From the sequence record AP029160.1: 64,000 nt of DNA, one strand, 5' to 3'. The notes below the pieces were generated by a model that worked only from the letters and a program-made list of their open reading frames with translations, searched no databases and was not told the DNA's origin. Both the position numbers and the translations under genes were made by a program. Shown here one piece after another: positions 1 to 10,235 of the stretch. How positions within the stretch are numbered: position 1 is the stretch's first letter; each line of letters opens with the position of its first letter. Source of the stretch: a plasmid.

Positions 1-533
1 GTAAATCCAGCCATACTCTTGAAAGAGAGCTTAAACTTAGTAAATACTATATAAATAAACATATTTGGCTCTGCACATGGCCAAAAGAACTTGTTGATTC
101 CTGTTTATTCTATCCTGATATTTTTACACCTCGCATTTTATTTTCCACATTTGCTTCAAGACAAAAATATTATTCAAAAAATGAATTTGAATACCTTAGA
201 ACAGAAATTGAAAAATTAATTCAAAAAGGTGCTAAACATAAGCCCAGGAAAGCAGTCAATTACCCCAAAATGAGGGCAGGCGGTTCTCTTATAACACAAA
301 GAGTTAGAAAAGAAAATCTTAAAAAAATTGAAAAAGAATTAGCTATAAAAAAGAAAATAAATGAAGAATTGAAATTGAATTTAGAAGAACTTTTGTATTA
401 TCAACAGCAATTTAAAGAACTTCTTGGATTTCATGTTGTAGTACAATATTCTAAATCAAAACAAGAGGGAGAAATCAGAATCAACTTTAAAAATGAAAAA
501 GATTTAGATTATTTACTCAGTAAAATGAACTAA
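1..533 (+). CDS. 3' portion of a larger gene that starts upstream of the window; hypothetical protein
   Basis: Frame 3 is open from the window start through the ORF-track 270..533 (...KELVDSCLFYPDIF...KMRAGGSL...). No recognisable domain. Confidence 0.35.
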   Translation, partial: KSSHTLERELKLSKYYINKHIWLCTWPKELVDSCLFYPDIFTPRILFSTFASRQKYYSKNEFEYLRTEIEKLIQKGAKHKPRKAVNYPKMRAGGSLITQRVRKENLKKIEKELAIKKKINEELKLNLEELLYYQQQFKELLGFHVVVQYSKSKQEGEIRINFKNEKDLDYLLSKMN

Positions 534-591
534 AAAATCAGGATAAAATTTGATGTATTTAAATACAAATGAAATTTATAAGTAGAATCAT

Positions 592-1227
592 ATGCAAAAT
601 CAAGAAATATATCATTTCACACATAAAGATAATATTGTTTCTATTATTAAAAGTAATGGGATTTTTTCAACAAATAATGGTAAAATAAATAAAATTGAAT
701 TTAAAGATGCTTCTTATCTTAATATTCAGGATCGAAGAAGTCGCGCTCTAGTCAATACAAAAATAAATGGTGTTTTACATGATTATATACCTTTTTATTT
801 TGCTCCTCGCTCTCCAATGTTATACGCCCACTATAAGAACAAAGTAACTTCTAAAATAAAACAGTCGGATTTGGTATACTTGGTATCTTCCATTGGTTCT
901 GTGGTAAACGATAAATTAAATTATGCTTTTACTGACGGCCATGCTGCTCAAAACATATCTAGTTTTTTTGATGATTTAAAAGATCTCAATCAAATAGATT
1001 GGCCCCTGATGAAAGATAAAATGTGGAATAATACTTTGGAAGATACGGACAGGACAAGACGCAGGCAAGCTGAATTCCTGGTAAAAGATTTTTTTCCATT
1101 TCAATTAGTTCATAAAATTGGGGTCTTTGATGAAAGTAATAAAAAATACATTATATCCATTCTAAAAAATAATGATAAAGAAAATATGGTAAAACATGTT
1201 TTTATCGAACGTTATTGGTATTTTTAG
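592..1227 (+). CDS. darT: DarT, ssDNA thymidine ADP-ribosyltransferase toxin (DUF4433)
   Basis: 211 aa. Carries the DarT signature blocks YHFTHKDN, LHDYIPFYFAPRSPMLY, LVSS, FTDGHAA, RRQAEFLV and the C-terminal ERYWYF. Confidence 0.85.
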   Translation: MQNQEIYHFTHKDNIVSIIKSNGIFSTNNGKINKIEFKDASYLNIQDRRSRALVNTKINGVLHDYIPFYFAPRSPMLYAHYKNKVTSKIKQSDLVYLVSSIGSVVNDKLNYAFTDGHAAQNISSFFDDLKDLNQIDWPLMKDKMWNNTLEDTDRTRRRQAEFLVKDFFPFQLVHKIGVFDESNKKYIISILKNNDKENMVKHVFIERYWYF

Positions 1228-1236
1228 GGGGCAAAG

Positions 1237-2271
1237 ATGATTGAAAATAAATATGAAGATCTACTTGATAGCCAAACTGAAGCTCTTGTAAATACTGTCA
1301 ATTGCGTTGGGGTTATGGGGAAAGGGATTGCATTGCAATTTAAAAAAGCATGGCCAGATAATTTTAAAGCATACGCAAGTGCTTGTAAAAAAGGTGAAAT
1401 ACGCCCTGGAAAAATGTTTGTTTTTGAAACTAAAAACAAACTTATTATAAATTTCCCAACTAAAGTTCATTGGAAAGAAAAGTCAAAAATTGATTTTATT
1501 ATAGAAGGTCTTGAAGACCTTGTTAAAGTTATTGAAAAATATAAAATTAAATCTATCGCTCTTCCTCCTCTTGGTTGCGGAAATGGAGGGCTGAATTGGA
1601 AAGATGTTCAGCCACTCATTACTAAAGCATTTAAATCATTTCCTGATGTTCAAGTTTTTTTATACCCCCCCGCTGAAAATCGAGTTGTAAAAAAAGTTTC
1701 TCTCCAGAAAGAAAATTTAAAAATGACTCCAGGGAGAGCAGCCTTATTATCATTAATGCATTTTTATCGTGGCGGAGCTTACCCACTGACTAAAATTGAA
1801 ATTCAAAAGCTCGCTTATTTTTTACAGAACGCAGGTGAACCCTTGCGTTTAAAATATGAAAAACTCCACTTTGGACCTTATGCTGAGAATTTAAATCATG
1901 CTCTTCAAAATATGGAAGGTCACTTCATTCTTGGATTTGGGGATAGACAACAGCGTTCAGAGATTCGACCAGTAGCTCATGCTTTAGAAAAAGCTCATGA
2001 ATTTCTTAGTGAGTATCCTGAAACTCGTGAAAGAATTCAAATTGTATCAAAATTAATTGAAGGATTTGAAGATTCATTTGGTCTTGAACTTTTAGCAACA
2101 GTGCATTGGGTTCTGCAAAATGAACAAATATCACCTCAAACCATCGAAGAAACAACAAAACATATCCATCGTTGGAATGAGCGCAAAAAATTAATTATAA
2201 AAGAATCACAAGTAGCTGTTGCTATGAAAAGATTAAGTGAACACAATTGGATCATTATTAATAAGAACTAA
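1237..2271 (+). CDS. darG: DarG antitoxin, N-terminal macrodomain with DarG C-terminal domain
   Basis: 344 aa. Macrodomain motifs ALVNTVNCVGVMGKGIALQFKK and ALPPLGCGNGGL. Lies 10 bp downstream of darT in toxin-antitoxin order. Confidence 0.85.
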   Translation: MIENKYEDLLDSQTEALVNTVNCVGVMGKGIALQFKKAWPDNFKAYASACKKGEIRPGKMFVFETKNKLIINFPTKVHWKEKSKIDFIIEGLEDLVKVIEKYKIKSIALPPLGCGNGGLNWKDVQPLITKAFKSFPDVQVFLYPPAENRVVKKVSLQKENLKMTPGRAALLSLMHFYRGGAYPLTKIEIQKLAYFLQNAGEPLRLKYEKLHFGPYAENLNHALQNMEGHFILGFGDRQQRSEIRPVAHALEKAHEFLSEYPETRERIQIVSKLIEGFEDSFGLELLATVHWVLQNEQISPQTIEETTKHIHRWNERKKLIIKESQVAVAMKRLSEHNWIIINKN

Positions 2272-2570
2272 AGTCTTACACATATCATTTGACGTCATAC
2301 GCAACAGCTCTTCAGAAATAGGTAGGCGGTAAGTAACTCTTCCAAATAGGGCGATATTGGTATTTAAATAATTATAATTATTATTTAAACTAGAAAGTTT
2401 TTTTTTAATTCTGCCATTACTCAATTTAAAATGTATTTATTGGCAGTTTAATTTTGGCATGAGTTATGGCAGAGAACTATCCGCTAAAACAGATGCAAAA
2501 ACACCTCGAAGTTAATTATGCCAAAAACCTTGGTTTACGGCAGAAAATTTAAATAGATAGATGTAACGGC

Positions 2571-2720
2571 GCGCATTCCTAGGAGCATGGGCGCGCACTT
2601 ATCCGAAAATTTGGGCGCAAATTAATTGAAATTATCGTTTTGCTTCGGCGCACATTAAATGAAAACGAGAGAATCTCGGCGCACGCTATTTGAAATCGGG
2701 CGCAAGATAATTGAATCTAT
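2571..2720. repeat. Cluster of six GC-rich boxes (GGCGCGCA / GGGCGCAAATTAATTGAAA / CGGCGCACnnTATTTGAAATC), part of a repeated intergenic element
   Basis: Tandem ~22-33-bp units, each a GGCGC(G)CA core followed by TTGAAA-like AT-rich sequence. A near-identical ~90-bp block recurs at 34141..34225. Confidence 0.5.
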
Positions 2721-2830
2721 AATAATTCTCATTGAAGCCTAAAATAACTCAAAAATGTATCTCAAATAAATCATTTGAATTATAAAAATTATTAATTTAG
2801 AATATAAAAAAATAAAGAAGGATTAAAATT

Positions 2831-3568
2831 ATGTTATTTTTAAAAATATTAATTTTGTTTCTATTTAATATATATTTTTCATTGAATATTTATTCAAATG
2901 ATTTTTTAAAGGGTGGATGTGAATCAGATTTTCCACCTTATAATTTTTATGCGAATAATAAGCTAGTAGGTATAGACACAGAAATTATTAGTTTAGTATT
3001 AAATAAAATGGGTGTTCATTTTACTGTCGAAACATATCCTTGGTCAAGGGTTATTATATTGCTTCAAAAACAGGAATTAGATTTTGCATGGCAATTTATT
3101 GATACTCCAGAGAGAAGAATGGATTTTAGTTTAGCAGGACCAATAAGAAGTGGTGAAACTGTTTTTTTTGTACCTAAAGACTCTAAAATAAAATCTTGGA
3201 ATCAATTATCTGATTTTAAAAACCTTGTTATAGGAACTACAAGAGGTTATAAATATACTAATGAGTTTGATAATAATAAAGATTTAAAAAAAGAGGAATC
3301 TAATAACAATCAAACACTGGTTTTAAAAACTATTGGTAAAAGAGTTGATTTATCTATTGGAGATAAAAACACCATCCTTTATATATTAAAAACAACAAAT
3401 AATTTAAATAAAATCAGATTTTTAGAAAAACCATTAAAAATCGTACCAAGATTTGTTGGATTTTCTAAAAATCACTTTAAATTGTCTAAAAAATTCCAAT
3501 TAACTTTAGAGAAGGTTATTAACAAAAAAGAATATAATGATATAATAAATAAATATATCAATGATTAA
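2831..3568 (+). CDS. Family-3 periplasmic solute-binding protein (SBP_bac_3-like)
   Basis: 245 aa. Signal peptide, then a PBPb-like fold (YPWSR, spacing typical of amino-acid-binding proteins). Confidence 0.55.
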   Translation: MLFLKILILFLFNIYFSLNIYSNDFLKGGCESDFPPYNFYANNKLVGIDTEIISLVLNKMGVHFTVETYPWSRVIILLQKQELDFAWQFIDTPERRMDFSLAGPIRSGETVFFVPKDSKIKSWNQLSDFKNLVIGTTRGYKYTNEFDNNKDLKKEESNNNQTLVLKTIGKRVDLSIGDKNTILYILKTTNNLNKIRFLEKPLKIVPRFVGFSKNHFKLSKKFQLTLEKVINKKEYNDIINKYIND

Positions 3569-4332
3569 TTACAATATTTAATTAATTTATTTCCTATTAT
3601 TTTATTGTAAACACCATTTTTTCTTATTTTTTGCAATGAATTATTGAATTTTTTAAGAATTATTTTTGAATTTTTAAACTGTTTAGAAAATATAAGTCCA
3701 TTATTATTTTTCTCTTCAAAGTCATTTATTAAGGATTTAAAATTTAAAATCTCTTTATTAAAATTTTCTTTTATGGAATTTTCAAATACAAGTTCTTCTG
3801 CAATAGCTATATCAATTCGACCGGATTTTAATTTCCATAATAAACTATTATTATCATTTGATTCTTCAAAATTTATATTATTTCTTTCAAGTGCATTTTT
3901 ATAAGAAGCGCCTCTTAAAAAGCCAATAGTATATTTATTTAAATCAGAAATTTTATCAAATTTAAAATCTTTTCCATTATTACTTTTTTTATAATAGAAT
4001 AATTTACTTCTTCCACAAAAAATAGCTTCTGATAAAAAATATTTCTTTCGTCTTCCTGTGTTAAATCGATATGGAAAGGCAGCAAAAACAGTTCCAGACT
4101 CAACTAATTTTTCCGCTCTTACCCAAGGGTAAAAGTCAATTTTACAATCTATATCAGCCTCTTTACAAACTGCCATAATTATCTCTGAATAAAATCCAAA
4201 ATTATTTAACTTTTCTGAGACATAAGGAGGATATTCTCCAGTTACAAATGTAATAATCTCTTTAGAATAGACATTAAAATTAAATAATAAGACATTTGAA
4301 AATATTGCGATATAAATTATATGATTCTTCAT
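3565..4332 (-). CDS. Family-3 periplasmic solute-binding protein
   Basis: 255 aa. Signal peptide; paralogue of 2831..3568, 30495..31343 and 34303..35172 (FYPWVRAEKL motif). Confidence 0.55.
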   Translation of the reverse strand: MKNHIIYIAIFSNVLLFNFNVYSKEIITFVTGEYPPYVSEKLNNFGFYSEIIMAVCKEADIDCKIDFYPWVRAEKLVESGTVFAAFPYRFNTGRRKKYFLSEAIFCGRSKLFYYKKSNNGKDFKFDKISDLNKYTIGFLRGASYKNALERNNINFEESNDNNSLLWKLKSGRIDIAIAEELVFENSIKENFNKEILNFKSLINDFEEKNNNGLIFSKQFKNSKIILKKFNNSLQKIRKNGVYNKIIGNKLIKYCN

Positions 4333-4366
4333 TTATATATCCTATATTTGAATTTAATATTGATTT

Positions 4367-5326
4367 CTAACTTATTCCTAATTTAAGAATTTCTTGATTG
4401 AATTCTTGAGCCTTAGAACCGACTAATTGACCTTTTAAAAACAATCTTAGCTCATTATTTTTTGAATTTAACAAATCGCATAAATATCTATTTGTGTATC
4501 CATTTCTAGCTAATTTTGCATCAAGGCCATTTATTTCAGGAACAAGAACAGACTGAACAATTTCTTTCGTAACAGGTTTAACACCTATCATGTATGCTTT
4601 TTGTAAAGAACTGCTCAAATACTTTATCACTTGTAATGGAGTTAAAAGACTTTCACCAGGTAATTCTATTGCATCTTGATTTAATATATCTTTTGGTTTG
4701 ATATTTTCTGATACGGCTTGTTTTATTATCCATTCGCAATATTTCGCCTTGTTTTCAAGAACACTAAACATATGACTTCTTGCACCAATTTCTTCATTTT
4801 TGGGATGATTTAGTTCGTTGCTAAGCTTTGGTTGGCCTACAAGAATAAATGTAATTTTCCCTTCAGTATCTTTATCTAACTCTCGAATCTTTTTAAGTCC
4901 AATGAAGGTTTGTGTATTTAATTCATGTGCATCATCAATGAGTAAAACAAGATTTTTTTTGTGTTTGTTTAACAGCTCAATAAGCTTTCTTTCTTTTTTT
5001 TCAGCTTTCATGTAACTACCTATATTTTTTTCTTTTACAAGATCTGAAAAAAATGCGCTAAAAATAAGAGGAATTGAAACTGCTTGTTTTTCTGTGGAAA
5101 GAGAGCGACAAACAATTATATTCTTTTCTTCTTGTAATTTTTTTAAGGTTTTATCAAGCAAAGTCGTTTTACCAGAACATGATAAGCCTGTAACAACAAC
5201 AATTCCTCCTAATCTTATACTAAAATGTAAGTCATCCATTAGTTTTTTAGATTTTTCATTTTCAAAATAAGGGACATCTGAAAATCTTTTTAATATTCCA
5301 AAGTGATTCATCACATCAACTTCCAT
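4367..5326 (-). CDS. TniB/MuB-like AAA+ transposition ATPase
   Basis: 319 aa. Walker A GLSCSGKTTL, Walker B LLIDDAHEL. Paralogue of 24280..25263. Confidence 0.7.
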   Translation of the reverse strand: MEVDVMNHFGILKRFSDVPYFENEKSKKLMDDLHFSIRLGGIVVVTGLSCSGKTTLLDKTLKKLQEEKNIIVCRSLSTEKQAVSIPLIFSAFFSDLVKEKNIGSYMKAEKKERKLIELLNKHKKNLVLLIDDAHELNTQTFIGLKKIRELDKDTEGKITFILVGQPKLSNELNHPKNEEIGARSHMFSVLENKAKYCEWIIKQAVSENIKPKDILNQDAIELPGESLLTPLQVIKYLSSSLQKAYMIGVKPVTKEIVQSVLVPEINGLDAKLARNGYTNRYLCDLLNSKNNELRLFLKGQLVGSKAQEFNQEILKLGIS

Positions 5327-5343
5327 ATTGACCTCATTTATAT

Positions 5344-5990
5344 TTAATCATTCACACATGTTCTGATTGTAAAAAACATTTTAATCTTTTCCATAAGGAT
5401 CTTTTTACATAAAGATTCTGAAATAAATTGCTCTATTTGGTTTATTTGATTATCCAATAAAATTGAGAGAGGCTTTCCTAAATACATAGATATTGCTATT
5501 TTTGCATCTATTGGGTCTTTAAAAAATAATTCACTTTCATCATATTCTTTAAATGGAATAAATTTATCTACATTTTCTTCAATAAAACCTGTCTTCTTTA
5601 TTACATCTATTATTTCTTTATCTTCACAATTCATTGTCATTATTGCTCTAGGAATTTTAATACTTTTTACTAAAGAACTTATTTCTTCATCTTGTTTTTC
5701 ATTTTTTGTTTTTTTAAATGAGCGATAAGTTCCTAATGGAATAGGATCTTCTGACTTATAAAAAGGACCAAATTTTTCACCATTAAATTCAGCATAAACT
5801 TCATAATCAAAAACTCCTACTAAAATTGTTACTATTTCTCCAGCCATTTCTGGTAATAATTGATATTGAATTCCATCTAATTTAATTCTTGCATCTGAGC
5901 TGACTTTTCTCTCAACTGGTTCACGCGCCATTTGACAAAATTTCTCCCAAGAACACATTTTGCTGTAACCTTTTTCAGGTAAGTTTAATT
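5344..5990 (-). pseudogene. 3' fragment of a DDE (rve) TniA-like transposase, cut at its 5' side by the Tn3-family inverted repeat
   Basis: Homologous to the C-terminal half of 25274..26470 (MCSWEKFCQMAREPVERKV aligns with MCSWERFSSLVREPVERTV). Homology stops at ~5990, exactly at the GGGG inverted repeat. The ORF-track N-terminus (first ~45 aa) is read-through of the inverted repeat. Confidence 0.65.
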
Positions 5991-5991
5991 T

Positions 5992-6030
5992 GGGGTTATT
6001 TGCAAGAATCCCCGAGATTGTATACCAAAG
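5992..6030. repeat. Tn3-family terminal inverted repeat (IRL) GGGGTTATTTGCAAGAATCCCCGAGATTGTATACCAAAG
   Basis: 39 bp starting with GGGG, ~90 bp outside the tnpA stop. An inverted partner (37/39 identical) lies at 36954..36992. Confidence 0.6.
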
Positions 6031-6119
6031 CTGACTTATTATTGAAAATAGAGGATATCTTTGTTTTTGACGAGTATAAAATCCAAGTACCTGCGTGAGA
6101 ATCATAACGATGATGATTC

Positions 6120-9100
6120 TCACAGTTTATTTTTTACATGCTTTGATATTTTGTCCAAGTTTAATTTTCCTTCTTTTTTAGTGAACTCGAAGCGACCAAA
6201 TAAATTGATGTGCTGCCAAGCTACAGGAGACATGGATTTTATTATATCTTCATTCCATTTTCCGTGTGCCATTAAATTTGAAAATATAGATTCATTATAA
6301 TAAATAATACAAAGCGTAATAAAACGAGCACAAGCATCCCAGACTTGCTGTTCTTCTTCTGTTTTAAATTTTAATTTACCAAAATTTGCATACCCAACCG
6401 CTCGCTTTAATTGATGATAGCTTTCAACTCTGTTTAAAGCTTTTTGTACACCTTGTCTGAGTTCTGACGAATCTAAATAGTCAAGCAAATAGATGCTTTT
6501 TAGAATACGATTATATTCCCATAAAGCATTTTTTGTTTTACTTTTATGAGTATGCGAGCTTATCTTTGCTGTTATTATGCTCTGTGTAGTTTTTTTTATG
6601 CCAAGAGAATCATAATTTTTTGAATATTTTCCCATTCTTCAATTATAATTCTTGTATTAAATCTCTTTTTTGGTCTTAAATTTAAATGACTATAATCGCT
6701 TATATTTTTAAAAGACCCTATGGAATCAGTAAAAACATCATAAAAATCTTTATATCGGGGAGCGAATTGGTACCCAAATGTATACAAAATTGCAAAATTT
6801 ACATCATTAGTTCCATGTGTATCTGTTGAAAAAACTTCAGGATGAACGTCGCTTTTATTGCTAGATATTATATCATAAACATGATGGCTTTCATGATCAT
6901 TTGCGCTAATTATTTTTGAATTAGTAGGAAGGATATTACCAACCATTGAATATGAAACAATACCTTTTTTTCGACCAAAATATTTAGGTGAATGTCTTGC
7001 ATTAATAGTTGATACTTTTACCTCAAACTTTTGACCATCTCCAGCAAAATGAGCTAGCGAATTAATATGATACTTAGAAAAAATTGGTGATTTATAAATT
7101 TCGTTTGTGATTTTATCACAAGCATCTTTCACTGTTTCTAAGCGAATAAAGTTTTTTAAAGATGAGTATAAATTATTGTAAGAAAGATCTGAAACATCAG
7201 AAATTTTTTTAATACCCATATTAGTAGCTATAGCAATAATACAAGCAGTTATTGATTTTATATCTGCTTCTTCCTTTGTAAATCGACATAAAATATGCTC
7301 GAAACAGTCCATAATATTTGCGTTTTTTATGGCAAAATATATAACATCAATAAGATCTATTTGCTCCAATGACTCAAATAAGTATTGGTTTACATCCTCA
7401 GATGATGAAGGAGTTTTTACATTCCATCTTGATTTTTTTAATGTTTTATTTTGTTCAAAATATATATTTTCACCTTTTTCAATTTTATTGTTTACCGTTA
7501 TTAATTTTTTTTCGTATATTTCTTTTAGTTCATTTAGATGCTTTTCTGGTTTTTTATTGAAATTCTTTAGACCTAATTCATGTATAAAATTATCTTTATT
7601 TTCCCATTCTTTATTTGTAACTAATTCACTTGCTAGGCTTTTATATTTTACACTATCCGAACAGTAAATAGAACCTGATTCTAAATTTTCACAAATAAGC
7701 ATATAGATCAAATATTCACATCGATCATAGCTGACTTTATTGTCATTAATTATATATTTTAAAAATTTTTTCGGTATAAAATTTTCCTTAAATTCAAATA
7801 TATTATTTTTATCTAAGTTCTTTTTTGATATGTGATTTTTTAATATATTCAACGCTTCTATCAATTTTGAGTTTTTAGATAAAAATTCAAAATCTATATT
7901 CATAATAATTGGTCTTAAATTTTTTTTAATTTTTTGATTTATTATTTCTATATATTCCCATTCAAATTCACTTTTATCAAAACTTGCTTTATTTTCAATA
8001 TAATCAGCAACAACTGCTAAAAGATTTTCCCTCAATAACGTAAAGGCTCTACCTTTTGTTTTTAAAAAAGTTTCGCTTTCAGGTATTTTTTTATCTAAAA
8101 ATATTTTTAATATTTTACCTGCTTTAGGTACGTATTCATTCCCTTCTATCTTGTATTCTAGTATCTTTTCATCTGCATAAAGCTTATATTCCGCTTCAAA
8201 TAAATTTAAATTATACTTTAAAGCATTAATCATGTTATCATTATATTTATGAAATCTATGAAATAAAAAACAAATTATATATAATCTTACAATTTTTATA
8301 TCTCGAATATTTAATCTATATACAGAGTAAAATTCAACTAAAGAAGCATAATATTTTATACTTTCATTTGAAATCATAAGTCTTGGAATTAAATTTTTTA
8401 TTTTTATATAAAATTTTCTTATTTTACTACCTCTTATTATTTCTTCTTTTATTTCACCATATTTGAAATCTTTTGGGCTATGTTTTAGTGATGTAATTTC
8501 ATATGTTTTATCTTGTTTTAGTTGTATTAATTTATTTAACTCATTTGAAAATCCAATATCTATATTTTCTTCAATAATATTTATCAATCTTGATTCTTCT
8601 GAAAGCAATATTTTGCTTATAAAATCTTGCATGTATGAATATCTTGGAATAATAATTTTATTTTCATCCAAGAAATTAAAAAGTTCTCGAAAAATGTATT
8701 TTTGTTTTGCACTTATTTTAACTAGATTTAGTGCCTTTTCCTCTAATATTTCTAAATCTTTTTTATCAAAGTATTTATACTTGAAAATATCTAATATTGT
8801 TTTTTTATTTTCAGTTGATGTTATTTTACTTACATCTTGTATTTTTTTTATACTTAAAATACTATTCTTAAAATGTTTCTCAACAATAAATTTAATATCT
8901 TCTTCAACTTCATTTAATTTAAAAGAAAAAAATCTATATTTAAATTTGAAATATCCCAATTGTAAAATAAAATTAATTTTTGAATTTAAAATTCTGAGTT
9001 TATTTAAAGCAATATTTTCCTTGTGTGATAAATCAAAATAGATTTCTCTTTCTTCATCTGAAAATAGTGGTCTTTCATAAATTAATTTAATTTCATCAGG

Positions 9101-9172
9101 TTTAAGAATAGTGAGTCGATTTGAATGGTGCTCACTTTCTTCTTTGTATTCATCATCAATTTCCAAAAGCAA
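6120..9172 (-). pseudogene. tnpA: Tn3-family transposase TnpA, split by a frameshift near 6596-6635
   Basis: An 858-aa ORF with the Tn3 TnpA N-terminus (TILKPDEIKLIYERPLFSDEEREIYF) plus a 171-aa ORF with the Tn3 C-terminus (YLLDYLDSSELRQGVQKALNRVESYHQLKRAVGYANFG...WQHINLFGRFEF). The two overlap in different frames. Confidence 0.8.
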
Positions 9173-9296
9173 ATTCCTTATTTATTTTCTTAAAAAGTGT
9201 ACTTTATGAGACATGCCCATTGACGTGTCTCAATAAATGTCTCAAAATACAGTTCTCATAAAGTCAAAGACATTTCGAGACATATTGGGGGCAAAA
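9173..9296. promoter_or_regulatory. Putative res site in the divergent tnpA-tnpR intergenic region
   Basis: Repeated TGTCTCA/TGAGACA half-sites, including the palindrome TGAGACATgcccattgacgTGTCTCA, between divergent tnpA and tnpR. Confidence 0.5.
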
Positions 9297-9851
9297 ATGA
9301 GCATGATTGGTTATGCAAGGGTAAGCTCCACAGGACAAAGTTTAGATATACAAATGGAAAAGCTAAAAAGTTGTCATAAAATTTTTAAGGAAAAAATAAG
9401 TGCTTCTTCTACAAAACGGGAAAAACTTGAAGCCTGCCTTGAATATCTTAGAGAAGGAGACACTCTCGTTGTTACTAAGATTGATAGACTTGCTCGTTCG
9501 ACATGGCATTTATGCCAAATTACGAATGAGTTAGTGCGAAAAAAGGTTAATCTCCAAGTTCTTGATCAAAATATTAATACAAATGACTCTTCTGGACGCT
9601 TGCTTTTTAATATGCTTGGTGCAATTGCTCAGTTTGAAACTGAGATTCGTTTGGAAAGGCAGATCGATGGAATCAATAGGGCAAAAAAAAATGGCGTGCA
9701 TTTTGGCAGACAAAAAAAATTAAATCCAAAAATAATTTTAGAACTTCAAAGTAAAAGAATTCAGATGATAAAAATTAAAGACTTAATGAAAGAATATGGA
9801 TTGTCAAAAGCTAGTATTTATCGATATCTTTCTATTGACTTAAATAATTAA
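9297..9851 (+). CDS. tnpR: Serine recombinase, resolvase TnpR
   Basis: MSMIGYARVSSTGQSLDIQ catalytic-Ser N-terminus and a C-terminal HTH (SKASIYRYLS). The ORF-track start at 9237 is probably too early. Confidence 0.8.
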   Translation: MSMIGYARVSSTGQSLDIQMEKLKSCHKIFKEKISASSTKREKLEACLEYLREGDTLVVTKIDRLARSTWHLCQITNELVRKKVNLQVLDQNINTNDSSGRLLFNMLGAIAQFETEIRLERQIDGINRAKKNGVHFGRQKKLNPKIILELQSKRIQMIKIKDLMKEYGLSKASIYRYLSIDLNN

Positions 9852-9943
9852 AGATTTAGGTTTTTCAATTTATTTATTAAAGATACTTTAGTTTTTTAAT
9901 TAAATTAAAGAAACATTAAAATTAACCTAAAGAGGAATAGCTT

Positions 9944-10235
9944 ATGCCTGAAATTAAATATAGAGAGACTACGCTGGAAGATTCCGATCAAACGGCATTA
10001 ATAATGAAAGAAAACTGGGGTGGTGAACCTCTAATAGTCAGGACTAGAAGTTATTTCCCTAGTAAATTAAACGGTATTATTGCTCAATCAGGTGAAAAAT
10101 GGATCGGATTTTTATTTTACGATATTCGAGGGGATGATTGTGAAATTATTGTCTTTGAAGTTTTCGAAAAGTTTAAGGGAATAGGAACAAAAATCTTAGA
10201 ACAACTTATAACAATTGCTCAAAATAAACTCTGCA
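9944..10235 (+). pseudogene. GNAT N-acetyltransferase, N-terminal part, interrupted by IS6
   Basis: IVFEVFEKFKGIGTKILEQLITIAQNKLC, then read-through into the IS6 inverted repeat (the 345-aa ORF in the track is this fusion). The C-terminal part is at 37080..37275 (-), past the 8-bp duplication ACTCTGCA. Confidence 0.65.

Noticed and set aside
1224-1470. Minus-strand ORFs overlapping darT and darG
   Set aside because: Antisense to well-supported genes, with no motifs.
2420-2560. Sigma-54-type promoter (TGGCAG/TGGCAT boxes)
   Set aside because: The spacing and the -12 element do not fit TGGCAC-N5-TTGCW.
2571-2720. CRISPR array
   Set aside because: The units have irregular length and spacing (22-33 bp) and are degenerate. 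There is no repeat-spacer periodicity and no cas genes.
5992-6123. N-terminal 45 aa of ORF 5344..6123
   Set aside because: Read-through of the Tn3 inverted repeat and flank; tniA homology only starts at about 5990.
7329-9041. Plus-strand ORFs (112, 63 and 192 aa) inside tnpA
   Set aside because: Low-complexity Phe/Leu/Ile-rich antisense translations of AT-rich coding DNA.
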